A stretch of DNA of 64,000 nucleotides from Minisyncoccia bacterium (lineage in GTDB: Bacteria; Patescibacteriota; Minisyncoccia; Phycocordibacterales; UBA918). The translations under genes were made by a program, and so were the position numbers. Location: positions 427,446-491,445 of the forward strand of contig JBKBPM010000001.1 of the NCBI GenBank assembly GCA_046293175.1, in the 5' to 3' direction. Shown here piece by piece: positions 1 through 8,946 of this stretch (its first letter is position 1; each line of letters starts with the position of its first letter). The notes under the pieces were generated by a model. The model made no database searches. It was not told where the DNA came from and was given only the letters and a program-made list of their open reading frames with translations.

Positions 1-217
1 CATCTACCTCATACACAAAAGGGTAGACCGTATCGAGCTTTTTGATGTTCTTGGTAGCGCTTTTGATACCAGCGGTATCACTCCACCACGGAATCCAGCC
101 TCCTACTTCCCCTTCGTATGTAGCAGCCAAAGCCGCTCCTGGTGTAGCCACGGTACCAATTAACGCCATGGCTACTAATGCCCCTTTAAGGATAAATGTT
201 GTTTGTGTCATAGTCAT
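1..217 (-). CDS. Secreted GH18-like (chitinase/lysozyme-like) protein; 5' part only, the gene continues beyond the window start
   Basis: The minus-strand frame is open to the window edge with its ATG at 217..215. The N-terminus [31 protein letters not shown] looks like a signal peptide. It is followed by VGGWIPWW and [11 protein letters not shown], which resemble the GH18 N-terminal strand motifs. The provided ORF track lists only complete ORFs, so this one is absent from it. Confidence 0.4.
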   Translation of the reverse strand, partial: MTMTQTTFILKGALVAMALIGTVATPGAALAATYEGEVGGWIPWWSDTAGIKSATKNIKKLDTVYPFVYEVD

Positions 218-303
218 TGTGACGCAGTGCCGCCACACTTCTTACGAGTAACTTTTACACTGTACCACACGTTATACAGAGCGAACATAGTGAGGAGGAA
301 TCC

Positions 304-426
304 ATGCGTCCAGCTCTTTCTTTTGAAGCACGTGTGAGCATTTTGATGAAGATGAGATCATGCTCGGTTCACCAGGCCATCCAAATCATCAACATCGCTG
401 TTTACAACTGGCTTCCCAAATCTTAA
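304..426 (+). CDS. Small ORF (40 aa) with a strong Shine-Dalgarno sequence; hypothetical microprotein
   Basis: GAGGAGG lies 6 nt upstream of ATG 304 (agtgaggaggaatccATG). The product is MRPALSFEARVSILMKMRSCSVHQAIQIINIAVYNWLPKS. It is followed by a palindrome and an intrinsic terminator. It is shorter than the ORF-track cutoff. Confidence 0.25.
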   Translation: MRPALSFEARVSILMKMRSCSVHQAIQIINIAVYNWLPKS

Positions 427-462
427 TCTTCCGTCACGTGACGGAAGATGCAACTACTATCG

Positions 463-493
463 CCCGAATCATCTTGATTCGGGCACCGTTTTT
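463..493 (+). terminator. Rho-independent terminator candidate
   Basis: A 9-bp stem cccgaatca/tgattcggg with loop tct is followed by caccgTTTTTg. It is preceded by the 20-bp perfect palindrome cttccgtcacgtgacggaag at 428..447. Confidence 0.4.
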
Positions 494-689
494 GTAAGCT
501 CTCACTTATGAGCACGTTATCAAGTGTACTTGTATTAATGGGAAATCTAGTACAGTCAACTAATAAGATTTGAAGAAATAGCTCCAGCTGCCCGGCGTTG
601 AGGAGCAAAGTTGCGCGGCGTACTCATTGCTACGGCAAGCAACTTTGCGACGAAAACAACAAAGTAGATGGAATATTTATTCGAATCTT

Positions 690-1127
690 TTAAAACTGGC
701 GGACGCTGCCGGTTACAACACCCCAAACAAAACAATCCGATTCTGGCGCTACCTTAATCGGCTCATACGCCGCATTTTCAGAAATCAGAAATAGTCCCTC
801 ACGTTCGACTCGTAGTCGCTTCACGACCAGTCCGCCATCAACCACCGCCACCACAATACTGCCATGTTTTGGTTCGACACTACGGTCAATCACGAGCACA
901 TCACCTGAAAATATCCCAGCCCCCTCCATAGAATCCCCTTCAACCCGGACAAAAAAAGTACTCTCCGGGTGCTTCACAAGCAAATCATGGACATTAAGCT
1001 CTTCATGCACTAAGTCATCGCCTGGGGCCGGAAAACCAGCCTGAGGGGACGAGGCAAACAGTGGCAGAGCTGGATTGGCCACCTTGTCTCCACGAGCAAT
1101 ACTCATAATCCGAACTGATTGATTCAT
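690..1127 (-). CDS. umuD: UmuD-like S24 peptidase (LexA/UmuD C-terminal autoprotease domain only, 146 aa)
   Basis: The product runs MNQSVRIMSIARGDKVANPALPLFASSPQAGFPAPGDDLVHEELNVHDLLVKHPESTFFVRVEGDSM...VVKRL. It aligns with E. coli UmuD ([47 protein letters not shown]) and carries the Ser-Lys dyad. The start is taken at the internal Met, 8 nt after the upstream gene's stop. No HTH domain is present. Confidence 0.8.
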   Translation of the reverse strand: MNQSVRIMSIARGDKVANPALPLFASSPQAGFPAPGDDLVHEELNVHDLLVKHPESTFFVRVEGDSMEGAGIFSGDVLVIDRSVEPKHGSIVVAVVDGGLVVKRLRVEREGLFLISENAAYEPIKVAPESDCFVWGVVTGSVRQF

Positions 1128-1135
1128 AGCAGCAT

Positions 1136-2299
1136 TTAGGCAACTACGGCACCACCAGTTACGAGGGTATGGATGTAGAAGAGTGCCGCCATCGCATACA
1201 GAAGCACCACACCATAAAATACTTGTACCGGGCGCTGCTGCCGCCACTCAATTGCTACCGAGAGCACCAGTGCAATAATCGCAAAGAAACCAAGCATCCA
1301 GTATACCCGTTGCATCAACGACGAAGGACTAGTGGCAATCATAGCAATTTCAGTGGCTGGTGTGGGAGCAGGGGTTGTCAGCGCTTCATTGATTGGTACT
1401 TCAAGTAAATTCGTGGAGCTCGTGATAGTGTCACTATAAAGCACCACACCATGGTCTTCAACGGTGGTAGCGGCCACTTGTAGTGGAGCGGGCTCAACCG
1501 GTGCGGGCACCGGCGGTGGCACTCCTTGGTTTGGCTGAGTTGCTGGTGCTTCGGTGGTCGTTTCGATACCAGCAACAACCGGGGTTTCTTTAGCCACTGG
1601 TATTGGGGCCAGCGCCAACGTCTCTGGAGCCGCTACTGGCGCTGCAGGGGCTACTACATCAGCTGTAGCGACCTGACCCGGGGTACCAAACATCTGGACA
1701 ACAAAGACGGTGTCATAGCCTTCATACTGCCCCTTGGCGGTTCCAACACCAATCTCACGGTAGGCTCGATTGACGATATTAGCTCGGTGAGTCGGTGATT
1801 TCATCCAGGCTTCGACCACCTCTTTTGAATCAGTAAAATGAACGGCGAGATTCTCTCCAGCATGTACATAGCGGTACCCGGCTTCATTAAACCAGTGCCA
1901 AGGTGACACACCCGTTGGACTATAGTGGGCAAAATAGCCGTTTTTTGCCATGTCTTCGGCTTTCATCTGAGCCGCTGCATCAAGCACTGAATTGCGTACC
2001 AAGGGTGGCAAATCCTCCCCTTTACGTTGCTGGTTAGTCTTCTCAACCACCACTGCCGGCAAAACCGCTCCAGTCAGCCAGGTTGATTGTTGCCACATGA
2101 GGGCATAGAGGTTACTCATAGTAAACGTAAGCACCACCAATCCTCCCATCACCAAAAGCGCGGTCCGCTGTAGCAGGTCCGGGGTGTAATCATTACTACT
2201 ATGCGGCACAAACCACCGCCACAGTCTTTCTTTCATTACCTGTAGTATACCAGACGACAAAAGCTGTCCATAGGACAATTCCAAAAATTCCCAGACCAC
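1136..2299 (-). CDS. CAP/SCP (YkwD-like) domain membrane protein with Pro/Ala/Thr-rich linker
   Basis: The CAP domain reads AAAQMKAEDMAKNGYFAHYSPTGVSPWHWFNEAGYRYVHAGENLAVHFTDSKEVVEAWMKSPTHRANIVNRAYREIGVG. There are N- and C-terminal transmembrane segments and a PAPVxAP-type linker. Confidence 0.75.
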   Translation of the reverse strand: MVWEFLELSYGQLLSSGILQVMKERLWRWFVPHSSNDYTPDLLQRTALLVMGGLVVLTFTMSNLYALMWQQSTWLTGAVLPAVVVEKTNQQRKGEDLPPLVRNSVLDAAAQMKAEDMAKNGYFAHYSPTGVSPWHWFNEAGYRYVHAGENLAVHFTDSKEVVEAWMKSPTHRANIVNRAYREIGVGTAKGQYEGYDTVFVVQMFGTPGQVATADVVAPAAPVAAPETLALAPIPVAKETPVVAGIETTTEAPATQPNQGVPPPVPAPVEPAPLQVAATTVEDHGVVLYSDTITSSTNLLEVPINEALTTPAPTPATEIAMIATSPSSLMQRVYWMLGFFAIIALVLSVAIEWRQQRPVQVFYGVVLLYAMAALFYIHTLVTGGAVVA

Positions 2300-2328
2300 T
2301 ATAATTATGCTTTAATTGGTCAGCAACT

Positions 2329-3375
2329 ATGAAAATCTGTTTTTTGGGGACGTATGATCCTCAGTATCCTCGCAATAAAATACTCATTGATGGCCTCAGA
2401 CAAAATGGGGTTGAGGTGGTTGAATGCAACATCAAAGGTTGTGGTTACCTTATATACTTGCCTCTCATCAAAAAATTTCTCACTACCAAACGCGATTATG
2501 ATTATGTGTTCTGTGCCTTTCCGGTACACTTGTCGATTTTTTTGGCCTTGCTTGGTCGTAAACCAGTAATTGTAGACGCCCTCATATCACTCTATGACAC
2601 GGCGGTACGTGACCGGCAGTTATATGCCTGGTGGAATCCCTTTGCGCTTTCGCTGTACCTACTTGATATCCTGACTGTCAAAATTGCTCATCATGTCACC
2701 GTTGATACGGCCGAGCATAAAGCGTATTTTTCGAAATGGCGAAATGCCAATGACATCACGGTTATTCCACTTGGTGTTCACAGTAAAGAATTTTTTGCCG
2801 TTCCGTCAGCCCGCAAACCCATGCAGCAGTTCTTGGTGCAATTTCATGGCGGATATATTCCACTCCAAGGTATCGACAAAATTGTCGCTGCGGCCAAAAT
2901 ACTTAAAAATGATAGCAGTATTCATTTCCGTCTCATTGGTGGCGGCCAACAATATGATGAAATTGCAGCCCGCATCAAAACAGATGAATTAACTAATGTG
3001 ACACTGATACCGTGGCAAACTGTACCAAACCTCAATGTTATGTTGAGTGAGGCAGACGTCATCTTTGGAGTCTTCGGTGAATCTGCAAAAACCAATCGGG
3101 TTATCCCAAACAAAATCTTTCAAGGACTGGCGGTGGGTAAACCAGTTATTACAAAAGATACAGGATCGGTACGGGCATTATTTTCTGACAATGACCTGGT
3201 GCTCGTTCAAAATACTCCAGAATCTATTGCTGCTGCTATTGTTAAACTTAAAAATAATCCAGAGTGGTGCAAGCAGCTAGCTGACAATGGTCAGAAAAAA
3301 ATTGCAGACTTTTATCGTGAAAAAGAGATAGCGAGTATACTCGTAAACGCCCTCAAAAACCACCGGCCAACATAA
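2329..3375 (+). CDS. Glycosyltransferase, GT-B fold (family 1/4-like)
   Basis: The N-terminus MKICFLGTYDPQYPRNKILIDGLRQNGVEV is typical of GT-B. The C-terminal half is nucleotide-sugar-binding-like (KIFQGLAVGKPVITKDTGS). It sits in a glycan locus. Confidence 0.75.
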   Translation: MKICFLGTYDPQYPRNKILIDGLRQNGVEVVECNIKGCGYLIYLPLIKKFLTTKRDYDYVFCAFPVHLSIFLALLGRKPVIVDALISLYDTAVRDRQLYAWWNPFALSLYLLDILTVKIAHHVTVDTAEHKAYFSKWRNANDITVIPLGVHSKEFFAVPSARKPMQQFLVQFHGGYIPLQGIDKIVAAAKILKNDSSIHFRLIGGGQQYDEIAARIKTDELTNVTLIPWQTVPNLNVMLSEADVIFGVFGESAKTNRVIPNKIFQGLAVGKPVITKDTGSVRALFSDNDLVLVQNTPESIAAAIVKLKNNPEWCKQLADNGQKKIADFYREKEIASILVNALKNHRPT

Positions 3376-3462
3376 GTACCACAAAAATAAACTGCGTAGT
3401 AAATTGGTAATAATCTACCGTTTCAAAGGGCTCATTTAGTAATTATGCTATCTTGAGAGACC

Positions 3463-3491
3463 TTGACATACTATATTATATACTATATAGT
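3463..3491 (+). promoter_or_regulatory. Sigma70-like promoter (TTGACA-17-TATAGT) overlapping a 9-bp inverted repeat
   Basis: TTGACA is at 3463..3468 and TATAGT at 3486..3491, upstream of the ATP-grasp gene at 3538. The inverted repeat atactatat / atatagtat overlaps the spacer and -10. Confidence 0.4.
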
Positions 3492-3537
3492 ATCGATTCC
3501 TTTCGCGACGCGGTAATAAACTACTCCATTTTGGTGT

Positions 3538-4407
3538 ATGTCACTTAAAAAACGCATTAATAACAGCATTAAATACGTCATTGGACTCACTGGCCAAAAA
3601 ACGGCTGTTCGCCTGCGCTATTTCCACGTCTTTAAGCGACTCCCCAACCTCAAAAATCCCCAGACATTTAATGAAAAAATAAACTCTTACAAGTTTTACA
3701 CCAATTACAATTTCGAACGGTTTGCTGATAAAGTACTCGTCAAAGATTATATTCGCAAAAAAATTGGTGATCAATATCTCATCAAGACACTCTACGCCGG
3801 AGAAGCGCTGCCACCCATTTCAGAACGTAATTGGCCAATGCCGTATGCAATTAAAATGAATCATTGCTGTGGCTGGAATATCTTTGTTCGCAACGAAGAT
3901 GAGCGAAATTGGCCACTCATTGAAAAGAAACTCGCCATTTGGAAAAAGAAGGTGTTTGGGTATGACACGGGCGAACCACACTACGCCAAAATTCGACCAC
4001 AAGTGCTGGTAGAAGAATTCTTGACTGAAGACGGATGTGCATCACCGGCTGACTTCAAGCTATTTGTGATGAACGGCAAAGTACAATTCATTCAAATTGA
4101 TGTCGACCGCGAGTTTAATCATAGAGAATGTTTTTATGATGCTACATGGCAGCTATTACCATTTACCATCGGTAATCCTGAACCATCAAGTCTCACCATG
4201 CCTCGCCCAGACAATCTTGAAGAAATGGTTGGGTTAGCCGAAACAATTGGTGCTGATTTCCCGTTTGTTCGTGTCGATTTTTATAACTTTGCTGGTCGTA
4301 TATATTTTGGCGAATTAACGTTCTTCCCCTCAGCTGGCTTTACACCTTTTTATCCTAACCACTTTGATCGCTACTATGGCGATACACTAACGCTACCGCG
4401 TATTTAG
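3538..4407 (+). CDS. TupA-like ATP-grasp protein (teichuronopeptide-biosynthesis-type amidoligase), paralog 1
   Basis: It shares roughly half its residues with the two downstream paralogs. The motifs NEKI..YKF, KDYIRKKIG, IKMNH..GWNI, PQVLVEEF, VRVDFY and YFGELTF fit the ATPgrasp_TupA family. Confidence 0.7.
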   Translation: MSLKKRINNSIKYVIGLTGQKTAVRLRYFHVFKRLPNLKNPQTFNEKINSYKFYTNYNFERFADKVLVKDYIRKKIGDQYLIKTLYAGEALPPISERNWPMPYAIKMNHCCGWNIFVRNEDERNWPLIEKKLAIWKKKVFGYDTGEPHYAKIRPQVLVEEFLTEDGCASPADFKLFVMNGKVQFIQIDVDREFNHRECFYDATWQLLPFTIGNPEPSSLTMPRPDNLEEMVGLAETIGADFPFVRVDFYNFAGRIYFGELTFFPSAGFTPFYPNHFDRYYGDTLTLPRI

Positions 4408-5760
4408 GAGCGTGTTATGCGCTGCTTTGTATTTGTTATCTGAGGTAATAAGACCAAAGTGTCCTTCTGGGTCAGAACTGTTTGAATTAATATCCACCAG
4501 TGAGTACCAGAACACTGGACCAAGCCAGCGAGTAATTTTGCTACTTTCGGCAATCAAAGCCGTCATTGTTTCAGCCTGGGCATTTTGCGTCAGGTAATCA
4601 CTACCATGTGCAAAATTAAGCGCTCCAAGCTCACGACCAACACCAGCTCCACCAGTTGGTGCCCCAAATTCAGTAATCCAAACTTTCTTGGCAGCATCGC
4701 CATTTTGGTTCATCAAATCATAGATCTTATACATTTGGTACCAGTGATTCCATGGCAAAGTACTCGCAGGTGAGAGCGCATAGGTATATGGGTGATGTCC
4801 TACTGCATCAAAGCTGCCTTTTCCACCTGCGGCATACATGTCTTTGAGAAAGACAAGTGGGTCAACGGTTGTTCGACTACTGGTTACAGGACTGAGACCG
4901 CCAGTCACGACAATAGCGCCGGGTTGTACTGCTTTGATAGCAGTGTATCCAGCCTTCAGTACTGCAGCATAGTCTGTCCCATTAGCCTTTGGTGACCAGA
5001 AATAGTCCATATTGGGTTCATTCCAGATTTCCCAGGCCGCTATATTGTTTTTGTAACGGGTCGCAGCTGCACCAGCAAAGGTCGCAAACAAAGCTGGATC
5101 TTTTGGTGCACATTTTTGTCCGGCAACACAACCGCTTTTTGCGGCCCAGCTCGGTGAATACGCAAGAATCGCTAACATATTGATACCGTATTCATTGCCA
5201 AGTTTTACAATTCGGTCAATCTCAGTCCAACTGTAGCTTGTTGGACCATTACGCTGCACACCAGACCAATCGATATCAAAACGCACCCAGGTCATACCAA
5301 GCTTGTTCATCTCAGTGAAGTAGTTACGAATCTGCGCCTCGGTCATGGTTGAGAGTATGTAACCAGCCGCAATACCAGAAACGATTTTTTGAGCTGGAGC
5401 TGGAGTGGTAGCAGTCTGAGCGGTAGGAGTCGTCGAAGTAGTGGTGATTGGTTTAGTTGTCACCGGTGCCACAGCATTGGTGGTTGTCGTGGTTGCTACC
5501 GGAGCAGTTGGAGTAGTCACTACCGGAGCTGTTGGAGCTGTCCGGTTACGACGGTATCGGAAACGAGAGCTGGCCGCCGCTTGATCCTCAATAGTTTCGT
5601 CAGTAAAAATTTCTTCGATAGCAAACTCTTCTGTCGAGGAGTAACGTTCGACTAAATCACTGTTAACGCGCCAGGCATCATAGAGGCGAATACCAAAAAC
5701 GATGACGACAGTAAAAATAATAACTGCAGCAACCTGCAAAATAATGACTGATATTTTCAT
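4393..5760 (-). CDS. Glycoside hydrolase family 5 (cellulase/mannanase-like), membrane-anchored with Thr/Pro-rich linker
   Basis: There is an N-terminal TM segment and a TAPTAPVVTTPTAP linker. The catalytic motifs WEIWNEPN (acid/base) and ITEFG (nucleophile) are present. Confidence 0.85.
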   Translation of the reverse strand: MKISVIILQVAAVIIFTVVIVFGIRLYDAWRVNSDLVERYSSTEEFAIEEIFTDETIEDQAAASSRFRYRRNRTAPTAPVVTTPTAPVATTTTTNAVAPVTTKPITTTSTTPTAQTATTPAPAQKIVSGIAAGYILSTMTEAQIRNYFTEMNKLGMTWVRFDIDWSGVQRNGPTSYSWTEIDRIVKLGNEYGINMLAILAYSPSWAAKSGCVAGQKCAPKDPALFATFAGAAATRYKNNIAAWEIWNEPNMDYFWSPKANGTDYAAVLKAGYTAIKAVQPGAIVVTGGLSPVTSSRTTVDPLVFLKDMYAAGGKGSFDAVGHHPYTYALSPASTLPWNHWYQMYKIYDLMNQNGDAAKKVWITEFGAPTGGAGVGRELGALNFAHGSDYLTQNAQAETMTALIAESSKITRWLGPVFWYSLVDINSNSSDPEGHFGLITSDNKYKAAHNTLLNTR

Positions 5761-5824
5761 AGTATGTGTTTTTTAGTATAGCAAATTAACGCTAACTACG
5801 GTGAAAATATTCTCCGTAATACTA

Positions 5825-5853
5825 TTGACTTTATATAAAAAATAATTTATAAT
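5825..5853 (+). promoter_or_regulatory. Sigma70-like promoter (TTGACT-17-TATAAT)
   Basis: TTGACT is at 5825..5830 and TATAAT at 5848..5853, just upstream of ATG 5868 with a short or absent leader. It lies in the divergent region between GH5 and ATP-grasp paralog 2. Confidence 0.45.
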
Positions 5854-5867
5854 ATAAAATATCTCTT

Positions 5868-6785
5868 ATGGAGTTCAGAAAAGCCTGGCGTCTGCGTATC
5901 AAGCAACTTATTGGCCTGTTTGGTCCAAAAACGGCTATTCGCCTGCGCTATTTCCACGGGTTTAAGCGTTTCCCTGACCTCAAGAACCCTAAAACATTTA
6001 ACGAGAAGATCAATGCCTACAAGTTCATGGGGGATCGTTATAATTTCGCTCACTTTGCTGACAAAGTTGCCGTCAAAGAGTTTGTAGCACAAAAGATCGG
6101 CGTTGAGCATGTTATTCCTACCTTGTATGCAGGAGAAACCTTACCACCCCGAGCAGAACGTAACTGGCCACTTCCTTATGTGATTAAGATGAATCATGGT
6201 TCTGGATGGAATATTATGGTGCGCACCGAAGCAGAACGTAACTGGGATGTGATTGAAAAGAAAATTGCCAAGTGGAGTAAGCAGACCTTTGGGCGTGATA
6301 CGGGTGAGGTGCATTATAGTAAAATTAAACCACAAGTACTTGTGGAGGAGTTTATCGGAGCGGCAGATGGTCGGTCATTAGTTGATTTTAAGTTCCACAT
6401 GATTCATGGTCAAGTAGAATTTACGGAAGTTGATATCGACCGCGAGACCAACCCCACGTACGCCTATTACGACAAAGATTGGAATCCTCTCCCCTTCTCT
6501 ATTGATGAATTTACTGACAAAGTCTCGTCTTTGGCAACCGCTCCAGTGCCAAAACCACAACACTACGAGGAGATGCTGCGCATGGCTGAAGTGCTGAGCG
6601 CCGACTTCCCGTTGGTACGGGTGGATTTTTATAACCAAGATGGCCATATCTACTTTGGGGAGCTGACCTTTACGCCGTTTGCTGGTTTTTGTTATTTCAA
6701 GCCGAGTTCTTTTGATGCTTATTACGGAGCAAAGCTCCATCTAGATAGCAACCAAACTCACTATGCAAGTAAAACAAACGCTTAA
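5868..6785 (+). CDS. TupA-like ATP-grasp protein, paralog 2
   Basis: The family motifs match paralog 1. Residues ~19-162 are encoded by a 433-bp stretch identical to the one in paralog 3. Confidence 0.75.
   Translation: MEFRKAWRLRIKQLIGLFGPKTAIRLRYFHGFKRFPDLKNPKTFNEKINAYKFMGDRYNFAHFADKVAVKEFVAQKIGVEHVIPTLYAGETLPPRAERNWPLPYVIKMNHGSGWNIMVRTEAERNWDVIEKKIAKWSKQTFGRDTGEVHYSKIKPQVLVEEFIGAADGRSLVDFKFHMIHGQVEFTEVDIDRETNPTYAYYDKDWNPLPFSIDEFTDKVSSLATAPVPKPQHYEEMLRMAEVLSADFPLVRVDFYNQDGHIYFGELTFTPFAGFCYFKPSSFDAYYGAKLHLDSNQTHYASKTNA
5923..6355 (+). repeat. 433-bp perfect direct repeat, copy A (inside ATP-grasp paralog 2)
   Basis: It is identical nucleotide for nucleotide to 6818..7250, at an offset of 895 bp. 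The antisense ORFs 5847..6110 and 6802..7005 in the track have identical translations, which confirms the identity. Confidence 0.9.
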
Positions 6786-7629
6786 TAATAGCGTCAAAGG
6801 ATTAATAGGACTCACCAGTCCAAAAACGGCTATTCGCCTGCGCTATTTCCACGGGTTTAAGCGTTTCCCTGACCTCAAGAACCCTAAAACATTTAACGAG
6901 AAGATCAATGCCTACAAGTTCATGGGGGATCGTTATAATTTCGCTCACTTTGCTGACAAAGTTGCCGTCAAAGAGTTTGTAGCACAAAAGATCGGCGTTG
7001 AGCATGTTATTCCTACCTTGTATGCAGGAGAAACCTTACCACCCCGAGCAGAACGTAACTGGCCACTTCCTTATGTGATTAAGATGAATCATGGTTCTGG
7101 ATGGAATATTATGGTGCGCACCGAAGCAGAACGTAACTGGGATGTGATTGAAAAGAAAATTGCCAAGTGGAGTAAGCAGACCTTTGGGCGTGATACGGGT
7201 GAGGTGCATTATAGTAAAATTAAACCACAAGTACTTGTGGAGGAGTTTATTAGCACCGAACCTGGTGTTCTCCCTAAAGACTACAAGATCTTTGTCTTTA
7301 ACGGTAAAACAGAATTTATTGAAGTTATTGCTGATCGTGAACACAATCACGCCGCCTGCTTTTATAACACCGCGTGGCAAAAACTAAACTTTTCACTCAG
7401 CGACAGTAAACCGTACGCTGGTGAGATAGAAAAACCAGCCACCATGGACAAAATGATACAGCTGGCGGAGGTGTTGGCCGCTGACTTTCCGTTTGTGCGG
7501 GTCGACTTCTACGACATCAATGGTCATCTTTATCTCGGCGAAATGACCCTTACTCCTAGTGCTGGTTTTGCCAAGTTCACCCCATCTTCTTACGACATAC
7601 TCTATGGACAAAAATTGACTTTGGTCTAA
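6763..7629 (+). CDS. TupA-like ATP-grasp protein, paralog 3
   Basis: The N-terminal half is identical to paralog 2 and the C-terminal half diverges (ISTEPGVLPKDYKIFVFNGKTEF...). The start overlaps the end of paralog 2. Confidence 0.75.
   Translation: MQVKQTLNNSVKGLIGLTSPKTAIRLRYFHGFKRFPDLKNPKTFNEKINAYKFMGDRYNFAHFADKVAVKEFVAQKIGVEHVIPTLYAGETLPPRAERNWPLPYVIKMNHGSGWNIMVRTEAERNWDVIEKKIAKWSKQTFGRDTGEVHYSKIKPQVLVEEFISTEPGVLPKDYKIFVFNGKTEFIEVIADREHNHAACFYNTAWQKLNFSLSDSKPYAGEIEKPATMDKMIQLAEVLAADFPFVRVDFYDINGHLYLGEMTLTPSAGFAKFTPSSYDILYGQKLTLV
6818..7250 (+). repeat. 433-bp perfect direct repeat, copy B (inside ATP-grasp paralog 3)
   Basis: Identical to 5923..6355. Confidence 0.9.
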
Positions 7630-7674
7630 CAAGGTCCTCGATTATCTTATTCAATGGTACTATAATAGCGAAAT

Positions 7675-8946
7675 ATGCCCGCTTCTTTTTTGCCGTTTAC
7701 AGAGCAGATTAAACATAAATGGAACGATAGTCTCTATCGGAATTCGATTTTCCTTATTATGACCATGGCTGCGATGGCTGGTTTTGGGTTTATCTTTTGG
7801 CTTATCAATGCGAAGCTATTTTCCGCCCAAGACATCGGCATCGCAACTGCGATTATCCCAACAACTACCATGATTGCTATCGGTAGCCTATTTGGACTCG
7901 ATAGCTCAATCGTGCGTTTTCTAAACAGCAAAGAGCATAAATCGCAATTTGTTCGGTCGGCATTCTTTTTGATCACCCTCATGTCGATCATTGGTTCGAT
8001 AGTGTTTGGACTGTTTTCTTACATCTTTTCACCTACTATTAGTGATTTTTTTGCCAACAACACAAACTACTTCGTTTTTGTCGGTCTTACCGTCTTTACA
8101 GCCATCAACTTATTAGCCGACGCTATTTATCTGGCAAACAAAAGAACTGTCTTTACATTCATTGTAACGACTACCCACAGTTTTCTCCGTATGCTCTTTC
8201 CGTTTCTGTTTATACATTACGGAGCAGCGGGAATATTACTCGCGGCGATGTCGGCCCAAATTGTTGGTCTCTTCCTGAATCTTTTTGTTTTACAACGTAC
8301 CTGGCAATATTTTGAGTCGGTAAGTATATCTTTCGCTTCACTTGGCGGTATCTGGAAGTTTACGACGCATAATTATTTAGCTGGCCTCCTTAACCTACTA
8401 CCCTATAGTATTGTGCCAATCATCATTATTGACTCCATTGGTGAGGCTGAATCGGCTTATTTCTATATCGTCACCATGATATCAAACCTCATGTATGTTA
8501 TTCCCAATGCTACAACCCAATCACTATTCGCTGAAGGCTCCCACAACGAAGCCAATATCTTCACTGAACTCAAAAAATCTATTATGTTTATCAGCATTTT
8601 TATTATTCCGGCTATTCTCATTATCTATTTTAGTGCCGACTTTCTCCTTGGCTTCTTTGGAGAAGATTATGCTCAAAGTGGCGCCAACCTCTTGATTATG
8701 CTGTCTTTAGTAACGATTCCATACTCAGTCATAATTATTGCCAAAGCTATCTTTAAGGTCACAAAAAAAACGCACTATCTTCTTTTTTGTGCGGCGCTTG
8801 TTGCTGGACTTGAGATTTCGCTCGTCTACTATTTTATTGGTTTTGGCCTCATTGGTATTGGCTACGCGTTTCTGTCGAGTAATCTACTCGTTGCTGGTAT
8901 CGCAAGTCTCCTTGCGGTACGCGCACTAAAGACTAGCGATAAATAA
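7675..8946 (+). CDS. Polysaccharide biosynthesis flippase (Wzx/MOP superfamily-like), multi-TM
   Basis: It has about 12-14 hydrophobic segments, the size and topology of oligosaccharide flippases, and sits in the glycan locus. Confidence 0.7.
   Translation: MPASFLPFTEQIKHKWNDSLYRNSIFLIMTMAAMAGFGFIFWLINAKLFSAQDIGIATAIIPTTTMIAIGSLFGLDSSIVRFLNSKEHKSQFVRSAFFLITLMSIIGSIVFGLFSYIFSPTISDFFANNTNYFVFVGLTVFTAINLLADAIYLANKRTVFTFIVTTTHSFLRMLFPFLFIHYGAAGILLAAMSAQIVGLFLNLFVLQRTWQYFESVSISFASLGGIWKFTTHNYLAGLLNLLPYSIVPIIIIDSIGEAESAYFYIVTMISNLMYVIPNATTQSLFAEGSHNEANIFTELKKSIMFISIFIIPAILIIYFSADFLLGFFGEDYAQSGANLLIMLSLVTIPYSVIIIAKAIFKVTKKTHYLLFCAALVAGLEISLVYYFIGFGLIGIGYAFLSSNLLVAGIASLLAVRALKTSDK

Noticed and set aside
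42-251. 69-aa plus-strand ORF at the window start
   Set aside because: It is antisense to a much more convincing minus-strand frame (signal peptide plus GH18-like motifs) that runs to the window edge.
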